Below are positions 1-10,442 of a DNA stretch of 64,000 bases, piece after piece. The translations under genes were made by a program, and so were the position numbers. The DNA comes from Vulcanimicrobiota bacterium (lineage in GTDB: Bacteria; Vulcanimicrobiota; Vulcanimicrobiia; Eremiobacterales; Eremiobacteraceae): positions 864,001 to 928,000 of the forward strand of contig CAWETU010000001.1 of assembly GCA_963812135.1 (NCBI GenBank), read 5' to 3'. Position 1 is the first letter of the stretch. Each line of letters begins with the position of its first letter. The notes under the pieces are model-generated. The model had not been told where the DNA came from, made no database searches, and saw only the letters and a program-made list of their open reading frames with translations.

Positions 1-2
1 TG

Positions 3-1175
3 CACTTTTTTGCATCGCTGCTCGCAGCTGTGGTGGCGGCTGTGCCCGCGACCGCTTCGCAACCAGCATTCCAAGCAAGCGGTCCCTATGCGAAGGCGCC
101 AGGGCTTGGCATCCACATCGGCACGTTGCCGCCCGGCGCGAACGACGCCATCACCGACGTCGCCGGCGTACGTGTGGGCCACGTGACTCACATCGAAGGC
201 CAAGGCAGGCTCGTGCCGGGTAAAGGCCCGGTGCGCACGGGCGTCACCGCAATCATCCCGCGCTCCGATATCTGGCATCGGCGCATGTACGCCGCGGCCT
301 GGCCGCTCAACGGCAACGGCGAGATGACCGGCACAATGTGGATCAACGAATCGGGCTGGCTCGAAGTTCCGATCGTGCTCACCGACACGCTGTCGGTGGG
401 CCGCGTGGACGACGGCGTCATCTCATGGATGATCAAGCAATATCCGGGCATCGGCGATACTGAGGACGTGCCGTTGCCGGTCGTCGCCGAGGTCAACGAC
501 GGCTTTCTCAACGACCAAGCCGGCAGGCATAACACACCGGCCGATGCGGGAGCCGCGCTGGATGCCGCGGCGTCCGGGCCTGTGGCCCAAGGCGGCGTCG
601 GCGCGGGGACTGGAGCGGTCGCGCTTGCGTTCAAAGGCGGCATCGGCACCGCGTCGCGCGTGCTGCCCGCATCCGACGGCGGCTATACCGTTGGCGTGCT
701 CGTCAACATCAACACGTATGGCAGACGCCAGGATTTCCGGATCGACGGCGTGCCGGTCGGCGCCGAGATCAAAGATCTGCAGCCCGTGGAGCCGCACCCG
801 GCCGAGGGCTCCATCATCATGATCGTGGCGACCGACGCGCCGCTGCTGCACGATCAACTGCTCGAGATCTGCAAACGCGCGGCGCTGGGTTACGCGCGCA
901 CCGGCGGTTCGTCGCGTGAGGGCAGTGGGGATCTCATCCTCGCGTTCTCGACCGCGAACGTCGTGCCATACGGCGAGAAGAGCGCGACGTACACGACGAC
1001 GGCGCTCGACCGCGCGTTCATCAACCCGCTCTTCGTGGCGACAATCGAAGCAACCGACGAAGCGATCGTGAACGCGCTGCTCGCCGCGCAGACGATGACC
1101 GGCCGTGACGGCAATACGGTGTATGCACTGCCGCACGATCGCGTGCTCGAGATCATGCATCGTTACGGGCGTTAG
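3..1175 (+). CDS. P1/S58 family peptidase (DmpA-like L-aminopeptidase/D-esterase), 5' end probably off-window
   Basis: Motifs NDAITDVAGVRVGH, RTGVTAI, NGNGEMTG, GGIGTASR, GSIIMIVATDAP (G/S autoprocessing site) and SGDLILAFST. The frame is open back to base 3 with a hydrophobic leader. Confidence 0.9.
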   Translation, partial: HFFASLLAAVVAAVPATASQPAFQASGPYAKAPGLGIHIGTLPPGANDAITDVAGVRVGHVTHIEGQGRLVPGKGPVRTGVTAIIPRSDIWHRRMYAAAWPLNGNGEMTGTMWINESGWLEVPIVLTDTLSVGRVDDGVISWMIKQYPGIGDTEDVPLPVVAEVNDGFLNDQAGRHNTPADAGAALDAAASGPVAQGGVGAGTGAVALAFKGGIGTASRVLPASDGGYTVGVLVNINTYGRRQDFRIDGVPVGAEIKDLQPVEPHPAEGSIIMIVATDAPLLHDQLLEICKRAALGYARTGGSSREGSGDLILAFSTANVVPYGEKSATYTTTALDRAFINPLFVATIEATDEAIVNALLAAQTMTGRDGNTVYALPHDRVLEIMHRYGR

Positions 1176-1184
1176 TCAAGTCCC

Positions 1185-1688
1185 ATGGCATGGCGCCCGG
1201 TTTGCTCGACCGGCATCGTCCGCGTCGGCACCCAACGGTTGCGCGTGGCGTGGACGAGCGCGGGCGTAGCTTTTGTCGACGACGCCACGCCGACGGCTAA
1301 GCGGTTGATGGCAAAGCGGCTGAAGATGCAACTCGTCGAGCGATCGGTACCAGATGCCATTGCGGCAGCGATCAAGAAGGCGCCGCGGCTTCCAGGCGGC
1401 GACGACGTGCCTATAGACCTAAGCTGGGCGCGAGACTACGAGCGCGACGTGCTACTCGCGGCGCGGTCAATCCCGTGGGGAGAGACGAGGCCGTACTCCT
1501 GGCTCGCGCGAGAGGCGCGCCGGCCGCGAGCGGTGCGAGCGGCTGCCAGCGTCATCGCGCGCAATCCGCTCTGGTTCTTAGTTCCGTGGCACCGCGTGGT
1601 GCACAAAGACGCAAAGCCCAGGAAGCCGACGACGGCCTTCGGTAAGCTTAAGCGGAAATTGCTGGACCGCGAGGCCGCAACGCGATGA
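1185..1688 (+). CDS. MGMT-family alkyltransferase-like protein (ATL)
   Basis: IPWGETRPYSWLA...RAVRAA...NP...VPWHRVV; Trp replaces the catalytic Cys of PCHRV. Confidence 0.8.
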   Translation: MAWRPVCSTGIVRVGTQRLRVAWTSAGVAFVDDATPTAKRLMAKRLKMQLVERSVPDAIAAAIKKAPRLPGGDDVPIDLSWARDYERDVLLAARSIPWGETRPYSWLAREARRPRAVRAAASVIARNPLWFLVPWHRVVHKDAKPRKPTTAFGKLKRKLLDREAATR

Positions 1689-2085
1689 GCAGCACCAGAA
1701 GAACCGCTCTTACGATCACGCTCCACAAGATCACGTGGTCTGGGAAGACGCTGGCGCGTCCGGTGACCAAGACGTAGATCTCGAGCAGCACGACGAATAC
1801 GAGCGTGACGATGAACGCATCGATGACCCCGATATAGCGCACCGGATCGCGCCACGCGCAATATGCGATATAGCTCATACCCAAGCAGATCGCGCCAAGG
1901 GCCTTGATCAAGAAGTCGATCATGATGCCGGCTGAGCCGCCCGGCCCGCCGATGAACGCGGACAACGAGCCGGTCGCGAAAAGAAGCGCGAGACCGGCGA
2001 CCAGTATGAGGATCGTGAGGAACAGAAGAAGCGCTCGAAGCGCGCTGTACGGACTGGACGGAGCCGACGCTGCGTATGCGCTCAT
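1648..2085 (-). CDS. hypothetical membrane protein (about 4 TM)
   Basis: Four hydrophobic segments; start overlaps the hflX stop. Confidence 0.65.
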   Translation of the reverse strand: MSAYAASAPSSPYSALRALLLFLTILILVAGLALLFATGSLSAFIGGPGGSAGIMIDFLIKALGAICLGMSYIAYCAWRDPVRYIGVIDAFIVTLVFVVLLEIYVLVTGRASVFPDHVILWSVIVRAVLLVLLIALRPRGPAISA

Positions 2086-3173
2086 GCGGTTGCCTCCCCG
2101 TGGTTGCTGTGAAGCGCCTCTTGCATTGCGACTTTCAGATCGAGTAGGCCGGCTCCGGTTTTCGCGGACACCGCCACGCCGGCCTCGTGCGGGGCGTGGC
2201 GAACGACATCGATCTTGTTCCAGGCGATGACCGTCGGCGTTCCGCCTGCGCCGAGCTGCGCGAGCAGTGCTTCGACGGCGTCGCGTTGCCGATGCCAGAA
2301 TGGGTTGCTCACGTCGATGACGTGCACGAGCAGCGTCGCGTCGGTGACCTCTTCGAGCGTCGCTTGGAACGCCGCCACGAGCTCTTTGGGCAGATCGGTG
2401 ATGAAGCCGACCGTATCGGCGAGAATCGCATCCGATCCGTCGAAGCGGATCTTGCGCAAGGTCGGGTCGAGCGTCGCGAACGGCTGGTCAGCGACCAGCG
2501 CCTGCGCACCGGTCAACGCGTTGAGCAGCGACGACTTGCCTGCATTGGTGTAACCCACCAGCGCGATCACTGGCGTGCCCTCGCGCGTCCGACGCTGCTC
2601 GCGTCGGCGCTTGCGCACGTCGGCGAGCTGGCCGTCCAAATGCGAGATGCGCAGCCGGATCCGCCGCCGGTCGACCTCGAGCTTCGTTTCGCCTGGACCG
2701 CGCGTACCGATGCCGCCGCCCAGCCGCGACAGCTCGTCGCGCGCCCCGATGAGGTTGGCGGCTCGATGGCGCAACTGCGCGAGCTCGACTTGCAGCTTGC
2801 CTTCCGCCGTGCGCGCGTGCCGCGCGAAGATGTCTAGGATGACGACGTTGCGGTCGGCGACAAACGCGTTCGTGCCGACGATCTTCTCGAGCGCCGTACG
2901 CTGTCGTGGCCGCAGCGGGTTGAGCAAGATGATGCCGTCCGCTTTGCGCTCGCGCGCCAAAGCGGCGAGCTCGTGCGCCTTGCCGGCACCGACCAGCGTG
3001 GACGGATCGACCTTCGGACGACGCTGCACGACGCGCGCGATGACCTGGGCGCCCGCGGCACGCGCCAGTGCCTCGAGCTCGTCCATCTCGACGTCGAACA
3101 GCACATGGTCGTCGCCGGTATCCACGCCGGCGACGATGACGCGTTCGGGCCCCGGCTGGGTCGAGTGCAGCAT
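2082..3173 (-). CDS. hflX: GTPase HflX
   Basis: ILDIFARHARTAEGKLQVELAQL, GGIGTRGPGETKLEVDRR, GYTNAGKSS, FATLDPT, DTVGFI, NKID. Start set at ATG 3173. Confidence 0.95.
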   Translation of the reverse strand: MLHSTQPGPERVIVAGVDTGDDHVLFDVEMDELEALARAAGAQVIARVVQRRPKVDPSTLVGAGKAHELAALARERKADGIILLNPLRPRQRTALEKIVGTNAFVADRNVVILDIFARHARTAEGKLQVELAQLRHRAANLIGARDELSRLGGGIGTRGPGETKLEVDRRRIRLRISHLDGQLADVRKRRREQRRTREGTPVIALVGYTNAGKSSLLNALTGAQALVADQPFATLDPTLRKIRFDGSDAILADTVGFITDLPKELVAAFQATLEEVTDATLLVHVIDVSNPFWHRQRDAVEALLAQLGAGGTPTVIAWNKIDVVRHAPHEAGVAVSAKTGAGLLDLKVAMQEALHSNHGEATA

Positions 3174-3204
3174 AGTCAATGAAGATACGACGCCCGATAA
3201 CAAG

Positions 3205-3256
3205 AGTCCCCGAGCGTTCGCTCGGGGACCACACCCGAGCTGCGCTCGGGTACTAC
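3205..3256 (-). repeat. GTAG-led doublet of palindromes (REP/BIME-like)
   Basis: Minus strand GTAGTACCCGAGCGCAGCTCGGGTGTGGTCCCCGAGCGAACGCTCGGGGAC: two related hairpins after GTAG. Confidence 0.65.
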
Positions 3257-3271
3257 ATTCTTATGCGATGA

Positions 3272-3670
3272 TCAAGAGACGGCGCTCAGCGATGCGCCAT
3301 TTTTGCGCAGGCCGAACGGATGGTCCGCCACGGGCGTCAATGGTGAAAAGCGTAGTTGGTTTTGATAGGTGGAGACGAGCAGCTCGATGCCGCCGTGCAC
3401 GCTGTTCTCCTCGGCGACGCATTTGGAAAGCTTCTTGAGCATGTACTCTTCAAGGTTGCGAAGCGCGTGCTGCCAGTAGTCGTCTTTGGTGAGCTTCGAA
3501 CCGTCGAAATGGTTCTTGTCGACGAGCCAAACAAAAACCGGCTCGCTGCCTTCCCGGAACCCCAGTACGAAGAGGGGTGTTGGCTGCGCTGCCGGTTCGG
3601 AGTCGGGGTAGAACGAGCAGATCGTATAGAATTCGAGCAGAACGTGTTCGGGCTCGATGGGTTTACTCAC
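3272..3670 (-). CDS. hypothetical protein
   Basis: 132 aa ORF with a GGAGG RBS upstream of the GTG; no recognisable motif. Confidence 0.6.
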   Translation of the reverse strand: MSKPIEPEHVLLEFYTICSFYPDSEPAAQPTPLFVLGFREGSEPVFVWLVDKNHFDGSKLTKDDYWQHALRNLEEYMLKKLSKCVAEENSVHGGIELLVSTYQNQLRFSPLTPVADHPFGLRKNGASLSAVS

Positions 3671-3882
3671 GAACGCCTCCTGAATCGGTCGGTGTCAGCG
3701 ACCGGACTTGCAAGTCGGACGCGCGCGCGCGGCGTGGTTGGTCCGTTGCTCGGTTTTCGGCGCGTGCGCAAACGGGTCCCTGTGCACATCGATGCAGACT
3801 CATCAGGCTGGGAAGGACTGCGCCCGTCCCACGGCGCAAACCGCCCGGGGGCCCGAGTTCTCTAGAAGTCAGGCTCAAAAGC

Positions 3883-4674
3883 ATGCATGTGCCGCCGCCG
3901 TTCTTCATTCAAATCTCCGATACGCACCTATTCGAGGATGCGGCCGCCAAGCTATGGGACGTCGCGCCCGACCAGGCGATGGATGCGGCGATCGATGCGC
4001 TTGCCCAACTCGACGGCAAACCCAGCTTCATCCTCGTGACCGGCGACTGCTCGGCCGATGGGAGCGAAGCTTCCTATTTACGGCTGGCCGGCAAACTCCA
4101 GCGGCTCGGCGCGCCGGCCTACTACCTCCCGGGCAATCACGATGACGCCCAGCGCATGGCGCGGCTGCTGGCCGGCTTGACCATCGGTCCGGGAGACAAG
4201 CTCACGCAAGATTTCGAATCGGACGGCTGGCGCTTCTTGCTGCTCGACAGCTCGGTCCCCGGTCAGGACTGGGGCGCGCTCGGCAAAGAGCAGATCGACT
4301 GGCTGCGCGACGAGCTCGCCAAACAACCCGACAAGCCGACGATGGTCGTCGTCCACCACAATCCGCTGCCGGTCGGTTCGGCGTGGCTGGACACGATGAC
4401 GATCGCGGATACGGACCAGCTTTTGCCGGTTCTTGATGGCGCTCCGCAGGTTCGCGCGGTGCTGTACGGGCACGTCCATCAGGAATCACGCGAACAGCGT
4501 GGCGGCGCCACGTACATGAGCGCGCCGTCGACGTTTTTCCAGTTCAAGCCTAAGGCGCCGACCTTCGGCTCCGACGCGCTGCCATCAGGAGCGCGCATCG
4601 TCCATTTGGAGCCAGGCGGGTTCACGAGCGCGGTGATGCGCTTCGGGGAGCCTTTGCCGCCGCTCATGACATAG
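3883..4674 (+). CDS. calcineurin-like metallophosphoesterase (CpdA/Icc cyclic-nucleotide phosphodiesterase-like)
   Basis: QISDTH, TGD, PGNHD, HHNP, GHVH motifs. Start set at ATG 3883. Confidence 0.9.
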   Translation: MHVPPPFFIQISDTHLFEDAAAKLWDVAPDQAMDAAIDALAQLDGKPSFILVTGDCSADGSEASYLRLAGKLQRLGAPAYYLPGNHDDAQRMARLLAGLTIGPGDKLTQDFESDGWRFLLLDSSVPGQDWGALGKEQIDWLRDELAKQPDKPTMVVVHHNPLPVGSAWLDTMTIADTDQLLPVLDGAPQVRAVLYGHVHQESREQRGGATYMSAPSTFFQFKPKAPTFGSDALPSGARIVHLEPGGFTSAVMRFGEPLPPLMT

Positions 4675-4677
4675 CCT

Positions 4678-4863
4678 TTATCGCTTCGGCTGTATAACGT
4701 CTGCGGACGCCGACTCAAAGATGAGCCGGCGAAGTTCAGCCGCAGATGGTGCGAGCCAAGTAGCCTTGCTGACCGCATCGATGATCCTACATCGTAGTCC
4801 GCCTCCAGGCAGGCGCAGGAAGCGGACTATCAAGTATTCGCAATCGTCGTCAGAATCGAACAT
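4678..4863 (-). CDS. small hypothetical protein (61 aa)
   Basis: MFDSDDDCEYLIVRFLRLPGGGLRCRIIDAVS...ELRRLI; ATG lies immediately after the stop of the upstream lipoprotein gene. Confidence 0.5.
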   Translation of the reverse strand: MFDSDDDCEYLIVRFLRLPGGGLRCRIIDAVSKATWLAPSAAELRRLIFESASADVIQPKR

Positions 4864-4864
4864 G

Positions 4865-5335
4865 TCAGATGTAGTCGATATATGTGGAGTTCCCAATGGC
4901 GTCGCTAATGACGATGTGACCCCGGATTCCATAGCCGGTGAACTTGTGAACTAAGAACGGGAAAGATGGTCCGTTTCCGGATGATGGGTTGACGGTCAAG
5001 CGGCTGGAGCCTCCCGATATCGTAATCGGGCCGGTGTATCCGATTTCGCTCACGGTGTACAGGGTGGACCAGCCGGCATAGAGACCGCTGCTCATGATGC
5101 GACACGGGCAGACAGCTCCAGTTGGCGAGACCACCTGCAACGGATTGGTTGTTGGCGGCGGCGTTGGGGTCGGTGGCGGCGGAGTCGGAGTCGAGAGTGG
5201 GGTCGCGGTAGCAACCATGGTCGGCGGTGGCGGTGGCGGCGGCGGTTGAAACGCCGATACGCCGCCGCAAGCTGCTAGAATGCTTGCAGCTAGCAGGCCG
5301 CTCGTCAGGTACTTTAAGGACACATGGATATTCAT
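4865..5335 (-). CDS. proline-rich lipoprotein
   Basis: Lipobox LAACGG, poly-Pro/Thr linker, beta-rich C-terminus. Confidence 0.7.
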   Translation of the reverse strand: MNIHVSLKYLTSGLLAASILAACGGVSAFQPPPPPPPPTMVATATPLSTPTPPPPTPTPPPTTNPLQVVSPTGAVCPCRIMSSGLYAGWSTLYTVSEIGYTGPITISGGSSRLTVNPSSGNGPSFPFLVHKFTGYGIRGHIVISDAIGNSTYIDYI

Positions 5336-5468
5336 AATGCTTCCCTTCTTGGTCAGGCGCCGTCTCAAGGATGGCGCCGTGTATAGAAGAAGCATAAAGA
5401 GCCGTCGTGTCTCCATCATAAAACTAGGGGCTAAATTTCAATTGCTGTCCCGAGGAGCGCGTTTCTAG

Positions 5469-8400
5469 GTGGAAAACCCAGCTGCGATGATGGCCCAATC
5501 GCGCTTGTGCGTATTGGGGAAGTTCTCGCTCGAGCTTGGGAGGGTGACGGCGCCCAGCCTCGCCACGCAAAAAGCGCGCGCACTCCTTGCCTATCTAATC
5601 GCCCACCGGCAGTCTGACGCGGGACGCGAGCGCCTGCTCGAGGTCCTATGGCCCGAAATCGAACCCGATCGGGCCAAGGAGGGGCTGCGGACGGCGCTTT
5701 GGTCGATCCGAAGGGCCGTACGAGACGCTGGCTTCGAGCCAGACCAATACCTGACTGCGAATCGCGCGATTGTGCGATGGACGGCGCAAACCTGGTTAGA
5801 CGCGGAAGCCTTCGTCGAATTCGCACACAGCGATGATGCCAACCGGCTTGAGGCCGCCCTCGCGCTGTACAAAGGAGACTTTCTCGAAGGCGATTACGAG
5901 GAATGGACAGTCGCCGAACGTACTCGACTCGGAAATGAGTACGAATCACTTCTTTCGCGCCTCGTGCGAAGCACGCACAACCACGAGGCTGCCCAACAGC
6001 TGCTGACTCGCAATCCGTACGATGAACCTTCCTATCTCTTGCTTATCGAAGGCGAGCTGGCGGCAGGCCGAGTCGTGGCAGCTGCAGCGCTGGGCGAGCG
6101 CTGCGAACGCGCTTTGGCGGAGGTCGGTGCGCAGCCGTCCTCAGACTTGCGGAGATTGGTCACGGGCATCTCGTCGCGGCAGATCCAGTCAGTCCCCAAG
6201 CTCGTCTTGCCCTTCGTCGGGCGCGACACGGAACTTGCGAAGGTTCGCGATCATCTGCTTGATGATGCGCCGGGTGGCCATGCACTGGTGACAAGCGGAG
6301 CACCGGGCATCGGCAAGTCGTCATTTTTGGCTCACGCCGCCGACATCGCACAAAGCTTGGCGCGCACTGTTGTGAAGGTCCGCTGTTTCGACGCCGACGC
6401 GCGTCCTTTTGGACCGTTCGAGGAGTTGTACGCTGACCTATACGACGAGCCTCTCGCTCCGCCGCAAGCGGGCGACCAACACGACGCTGCGCAGCGCCTA
6501 GCAGTATCTTTGGTCAGCGGGTTACGGCCAGGCGCGGTTATCTCGATCGATGACGCGCACATGCTGGCGCCGGATGCGCGTCGCGTGCTTTCCGCGCTCG
6601 CCGGGCACTCCGACGCGCAAGGGCACATGCTCTTGGTAGCTACTCGCACGGAGGGGCGACCGGACCTCCTTGCGGCGCTGGCGGGATGTCAGGTCGAGGA
6701 TATCGTGCTCGCGCCGCTGCGTCTCGATGACCTGCAAGCCGCGATCGCCTCCGTCGTGGCTGATAATCCTGAGATCGTCGCGCGGACCGTCTTCGAGCGC
6801 AGCGGCGGGCATCCGCTGTTTGCCGCCACGCTGCTCGACTCGCTGGCGCAATCGGGCACGCTTAGGGCGGATCATGGTACGTGGCGGTTGGTCGGAGCGC
6901 TCGACGACCAGGTTCCGCTGCCCAAGACGCTCACGACGTACATCCGGGCTCGGCTGCATGCTCGCGGCGAAACGGCATCGATGGTAGCCGCTGCGCTCTC
7001 GCTTGAGCCCCACGCGACCGCAGACGAGATCACGGCGGCGACGCAGCTCTCGGAACAGCAAGTCTTCGACGCGATCGATGACCTGCTGGCTCTTGGAGTC
7101 TTGATTCAGCCCGTATCGGGACCCAAGTTGGCGTTCGCGCACGATCTCTATCGCGAAGTCGCCGCAGGGATGCTCAATACGGGCAGGCGCACGCGCCTGC
7201 ACCGCGCGTTTGCGCAACGTCTCGCATCCTCCCAGGGCGCGGAATCGTCGCTGCGATGCGCGCGGCATTTGATGCACGCCGGCGACGTCGCGACCGCAGC
7301 CCAAGCATACTATCGCGCGGCGAACGAGGCGCTGGAGTGGGGAGCTTGGATGGAAGCGCGCGATCGATGCATAGCCGGCATCGAAGGGCTTGAGAAACTT
7401 GAACGCAATGCCGAGACAGACACCCTTCTCGCTCGCCTGAAGACGCTCTCCGCGAAGGCGCAAGCGGCTCTCGGAGATTCCTCCTCCGCCATCGCTACCG
7501 CGAGCGAGGCGATCTCGCTCGCGAAACGTTCAGGAGAGTCGCGTACCGCCATCGAGGCGGCACTAACCCGCCAACGCGCTTTGCTAGATGACTACGACGC
7601 GGCCGCAGCCCTTGCGAGTGCCCGTGAGGTGGCGTCGATGGCGCGAGAGGCTCGCGAGATCAAGCGCTGGCCGTCGCGCTCGCCGACGAATCTCGGTCGC
7701 AGCGGCTTCTTGCGTGTGAGGCGGAGGCCATTCGAGCCGCTACTGAAGCGGAAGCCACCGCGAACGCTACGGGCGACTGGGATCTATCGTGTTACGCGCT
7801 CGAGCAGCTCATACTCGCGGACGTCACGTGGTGGAGATTTGCGGATGGAGTGGATGCGGCCGGACGTGCATCCCAGGCAGCAACACGCGCGAGTCGGCTC
7901 GCGCAAGCCGCCGTTCAGTGCGCTCTCGCGACGTTGAATTTGGCGCTCGAACACCGTGGCGAGGCATCGGTGCACGTCGAGGCCGCAGCGGCTTTGCTTC
8001 GAGAAGACCTCGGCTCCCCTCGACGGAGCGTGGCATACGCGCCCTTTAGCCCGGCAAGGCTGAGACTTGCGATCGCTGCGATCGCGACCCAGCTGGCATT
8101 GGAGGATGGTGATGCGGAGCGTGCTCTATCACTGGCGAGTGATCTCGGACGCATAAACTCTCCCCGCTCGCGTGAACTGGCACACCTGTTGTGCGCTGAT
8201 GCACATATCAAGCTCGGCGTTTTCGATGCAGAGGACAACGATGCCTCAACGTCCCCGGCTCAGAATACAAGACCGTTCGTCCAGGACGTGTACAGTGGCA
8301 GCCGCTCTCCCGCGTTGACGGGCGCTGTCATGGCTGCGGGCCGAGGATCGCAGGACGGATCAGCGCTGCTGATGAGCCTCCTCGACATCGTGGAGGGCGC

Positions 8401-8584
8401 CGCACGTCGAGCACCGCTCGATGCGGATCGAGCTTTCGCGCAGATCGCGCTCGCCGCGCAAGGCTGCGGCGCACAACACGTCGCTTCAAGGGCCGCACTG
8501 CGGCGGGACGACTATCGCGCGATGCGCGCTGCGGCAAGGTCCGGCCTGCGGACGCCGGAGCGCATCGAGTCGAGGAGCAGGTAA
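5469..8584 (+). pseudogene. SARP/BTAD + AAA ATPase (STAND-like) + TPR regulator, frameshifted near 7655
   Basis: KARALLAYL...LWPE...LRTALW, ALALYKGDFLEG, LPFVGRDTEL, GAPGIGKS, IDDAH, SGGHPLFA, FAHDLYRE. The helical repeat region continues in another frame from about 7658 to the stop at 8584. Confidence 0.8.
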
Positions 8585-10287
8585 GCAGTCGCAGCGCGCT
8601 GGGCAAGCGTGACGAGTCCTTTGACCTCATCAGGCGATGGTGGGGTGCAGTTCTCACGGCTTCCATAGAACGTCACTCCCACGATGCGCCCGCCAGACTG
8701 CATGGGAACCGCAACGATCGGCTGCTGCGGGGGTGACGCATCCGTACGCGACCAGCCGATAGCCGCCAGGTCGATCGACGGCGGGCGCTTGTTGAGTGAC
8801 GCCATTAGCGGATCATCGGGCAGAAGATGCCACAGCGCGTCTGGCGGCCAGCCGATGCCGATCTCGCGCAGCAGTCCGCCGTCGGCGACTCGCCGGAAGA
8901 AGACCGCAGAGGCAAGGCCAAGCGCGTTGGCAGCTCCGGATGTGACGATCCCCTCGATGGCGCTCGGCGACTCAGCGACATCAATGGCGTCGAGAGCGGC
9001 TTTGAGACGGACCCGAGCGTCGTATCGCCGCCGGAACAGGAAGCGATCAACGAGGTCGATCGCGCGCCCCTGGATGGCACGCACCCAGAAGCCCAACCCG
9101 AGTGCCACGGCGATGTCAATGGCGAGCTCGATGCGCGAGCCGTGGAAACGCGAAGTAAAAATCGCATCGATAGCTGCAAAAATGCCGAGCGCTGTAAGAA
9201 TGAGGAGCGCGTAGACCAGCGTGCGGCTAAGAACGAATTCGATATCGAACAGTCGGTGACGTATGATCGCATAACCGAGCGCGAACGGAAGCAATATCTG
9301 AAACAGTTCCCACGGGTAGGTGCCGAGGATATCGAACATCGGCCACGCCGGTTGCCCCAATAGACGGTTGGAATCGAGGGCTAACCGATACGCACCCGGC
9401 AGGACAAAGGCGGCGATCACCCACGCGATACGTGTGCGCTCGGAGGTGGGAGATTCGAAGTAACAGCGGAGCAGTGCCCCAAGCCCGATCAGTTGCCCGA
9501 AAATGCTTACGGCGTTTTGAGACCTCTCGAGCATATCCGAACCGACGAGGAAGAAAACTCCCGCGATATCCCAGATGAGGCCAAGCACGATGCTGGCCGC
9601 GAGCCCACCTAAGACGAAGGGGAGCGCGCGCCGGCCCCAGCCCGTCAAACGATCGTTAGGGAACAACAATGCGAAGAGCGCGAACGCGAACGGCGCGGCA
9701 AACATTACCAGGTCGTGCGGTATCATCATGGGCAGGCTGATGAGCGGTGGCAGCCAGGCGTACATATCCGAGACCATGGAGCCACCGGTTCCGATGGAGC
9801 CGCCGGCTATCGTGCCTATGTAGAACATCCCAGTCATCCAACCGGGCCGCAGCCATACCAGTGCCACGCCCAGCGCGATGCGTAACAAGTAGGTGAACAG
9901 CCAGAAGACGCTCTGCGGAACAGTGGAAGGGCTCATCGGCAAAGGTCGCGCCGCGAGATCGACGATTCTTTCCTTTCCGCCGTGCACTATATGCAGCTTT
10001 ATCGTTTGGCCCGGTCGCGCGCCCCCGAGGTGTTCGCGCAGGGTTTCATATTGCGTCTCGATTCGGTCACCGACGAGAATTCCAGCATCGTCCGCCGCGG
10101 AGTGCGGAACGATCTCTGTGACAGGATCGTTTCCGACGTTGATGCCGAAATCGTAGCGCGGAATCCAATAGAAGGCGATGTCGGGCGCGGCGAGCGCGAG
10201 CACGTAGATCGTCATGGCGATGACGACGATCTTCCAAATGACAGACTTACGCCGATCCTGTGCGAGCGCGGCGGCTACCATAGCCAC
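8512..10287 (-). CDS. PDZ + multi-TM + GAF-like membrane sensor with no output domain
   Basis: PDZ (PHSAADDAGILVGDRI...PGQTIKL), YAIIRHRLFDIEFVLSRTLVY, GAF-like VAVPMQSGGRIVG. Confidence 0.75.
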   Translation of the reverse strand: MAMVAAALAQDRRKSVIWKIVVIAMTIYVLALAAPDIAFYWIPRYDFGINVGNDPVTEIVPHSAADDAGILVGDRIETQYETLREHLGGARPGQTIKLHIVHGGKERIVDLAARPLPMSPSTVPQSVFWLFTYLLRIALGVALVWLRPGWMTGMFYIGTIAGGSIGTGGSMVSDMYAWLPPLISLPMMIPHDLVMFAAPFAFALFALLFPNDRLTGWGRRALPFVLGGLAASIVLGLIWDIAGVFFLVGSDMLERSQNAVSIFGQLIGLGALLRCYFESPTSERTRIAWVIAAFVLPGAYRLALDSNRLLGQPAWPMFDILGTYPWELFQILLPFALGYAIIRHRLFDIEFVLSRTLVYALLILTALGIFAAIDAIFTSRFHGSRIELAIDIAVALGLGFWVRAIQGRAIDLVDRFLFRRRYDARVRLKAALDAIDVAESPSAIEGIVTSGAANALGLASAVFFRRVADGGLLREIGIGWPPDALWHLLPDDPLMASLNKRPPSIDLAAIGWSRTDASPPQQPIVAVPMQSGGRIVGVTFYGSRENCTPPSPDEVKGLVTLAQRAATAYLLLDSMRSGVRRPDLAAARIAR

Positions 10288-10442
10288 GTGGGCTTCGAGA
10301 AATACACGAATGGAAACTCTAGGTCTAAGCTATTCGAAAGTGTCCCGACAAACACTATTGAGCGCTCTAGCAAGCTCTGAATCATCCAGGCTTCGGATAC
10401 CTGCTCACGAACCATAATAGACCTTTCCGGTTTGGGGCGGAC

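Noticed and set aside
3690..3880. Possible riboswitch (c-di-GMP-I-like GCAAA elements) or SRP-like RNA upstream of the phosphodiesterase
   Set aside because: Only short words match; the spacing and paired elements of those RNAs could not be built.
5150..5246. GGC/GGT-rich low-complexity repeat
   Set aside because: Explained by the Pro/Thr linker of the lipoprotein.
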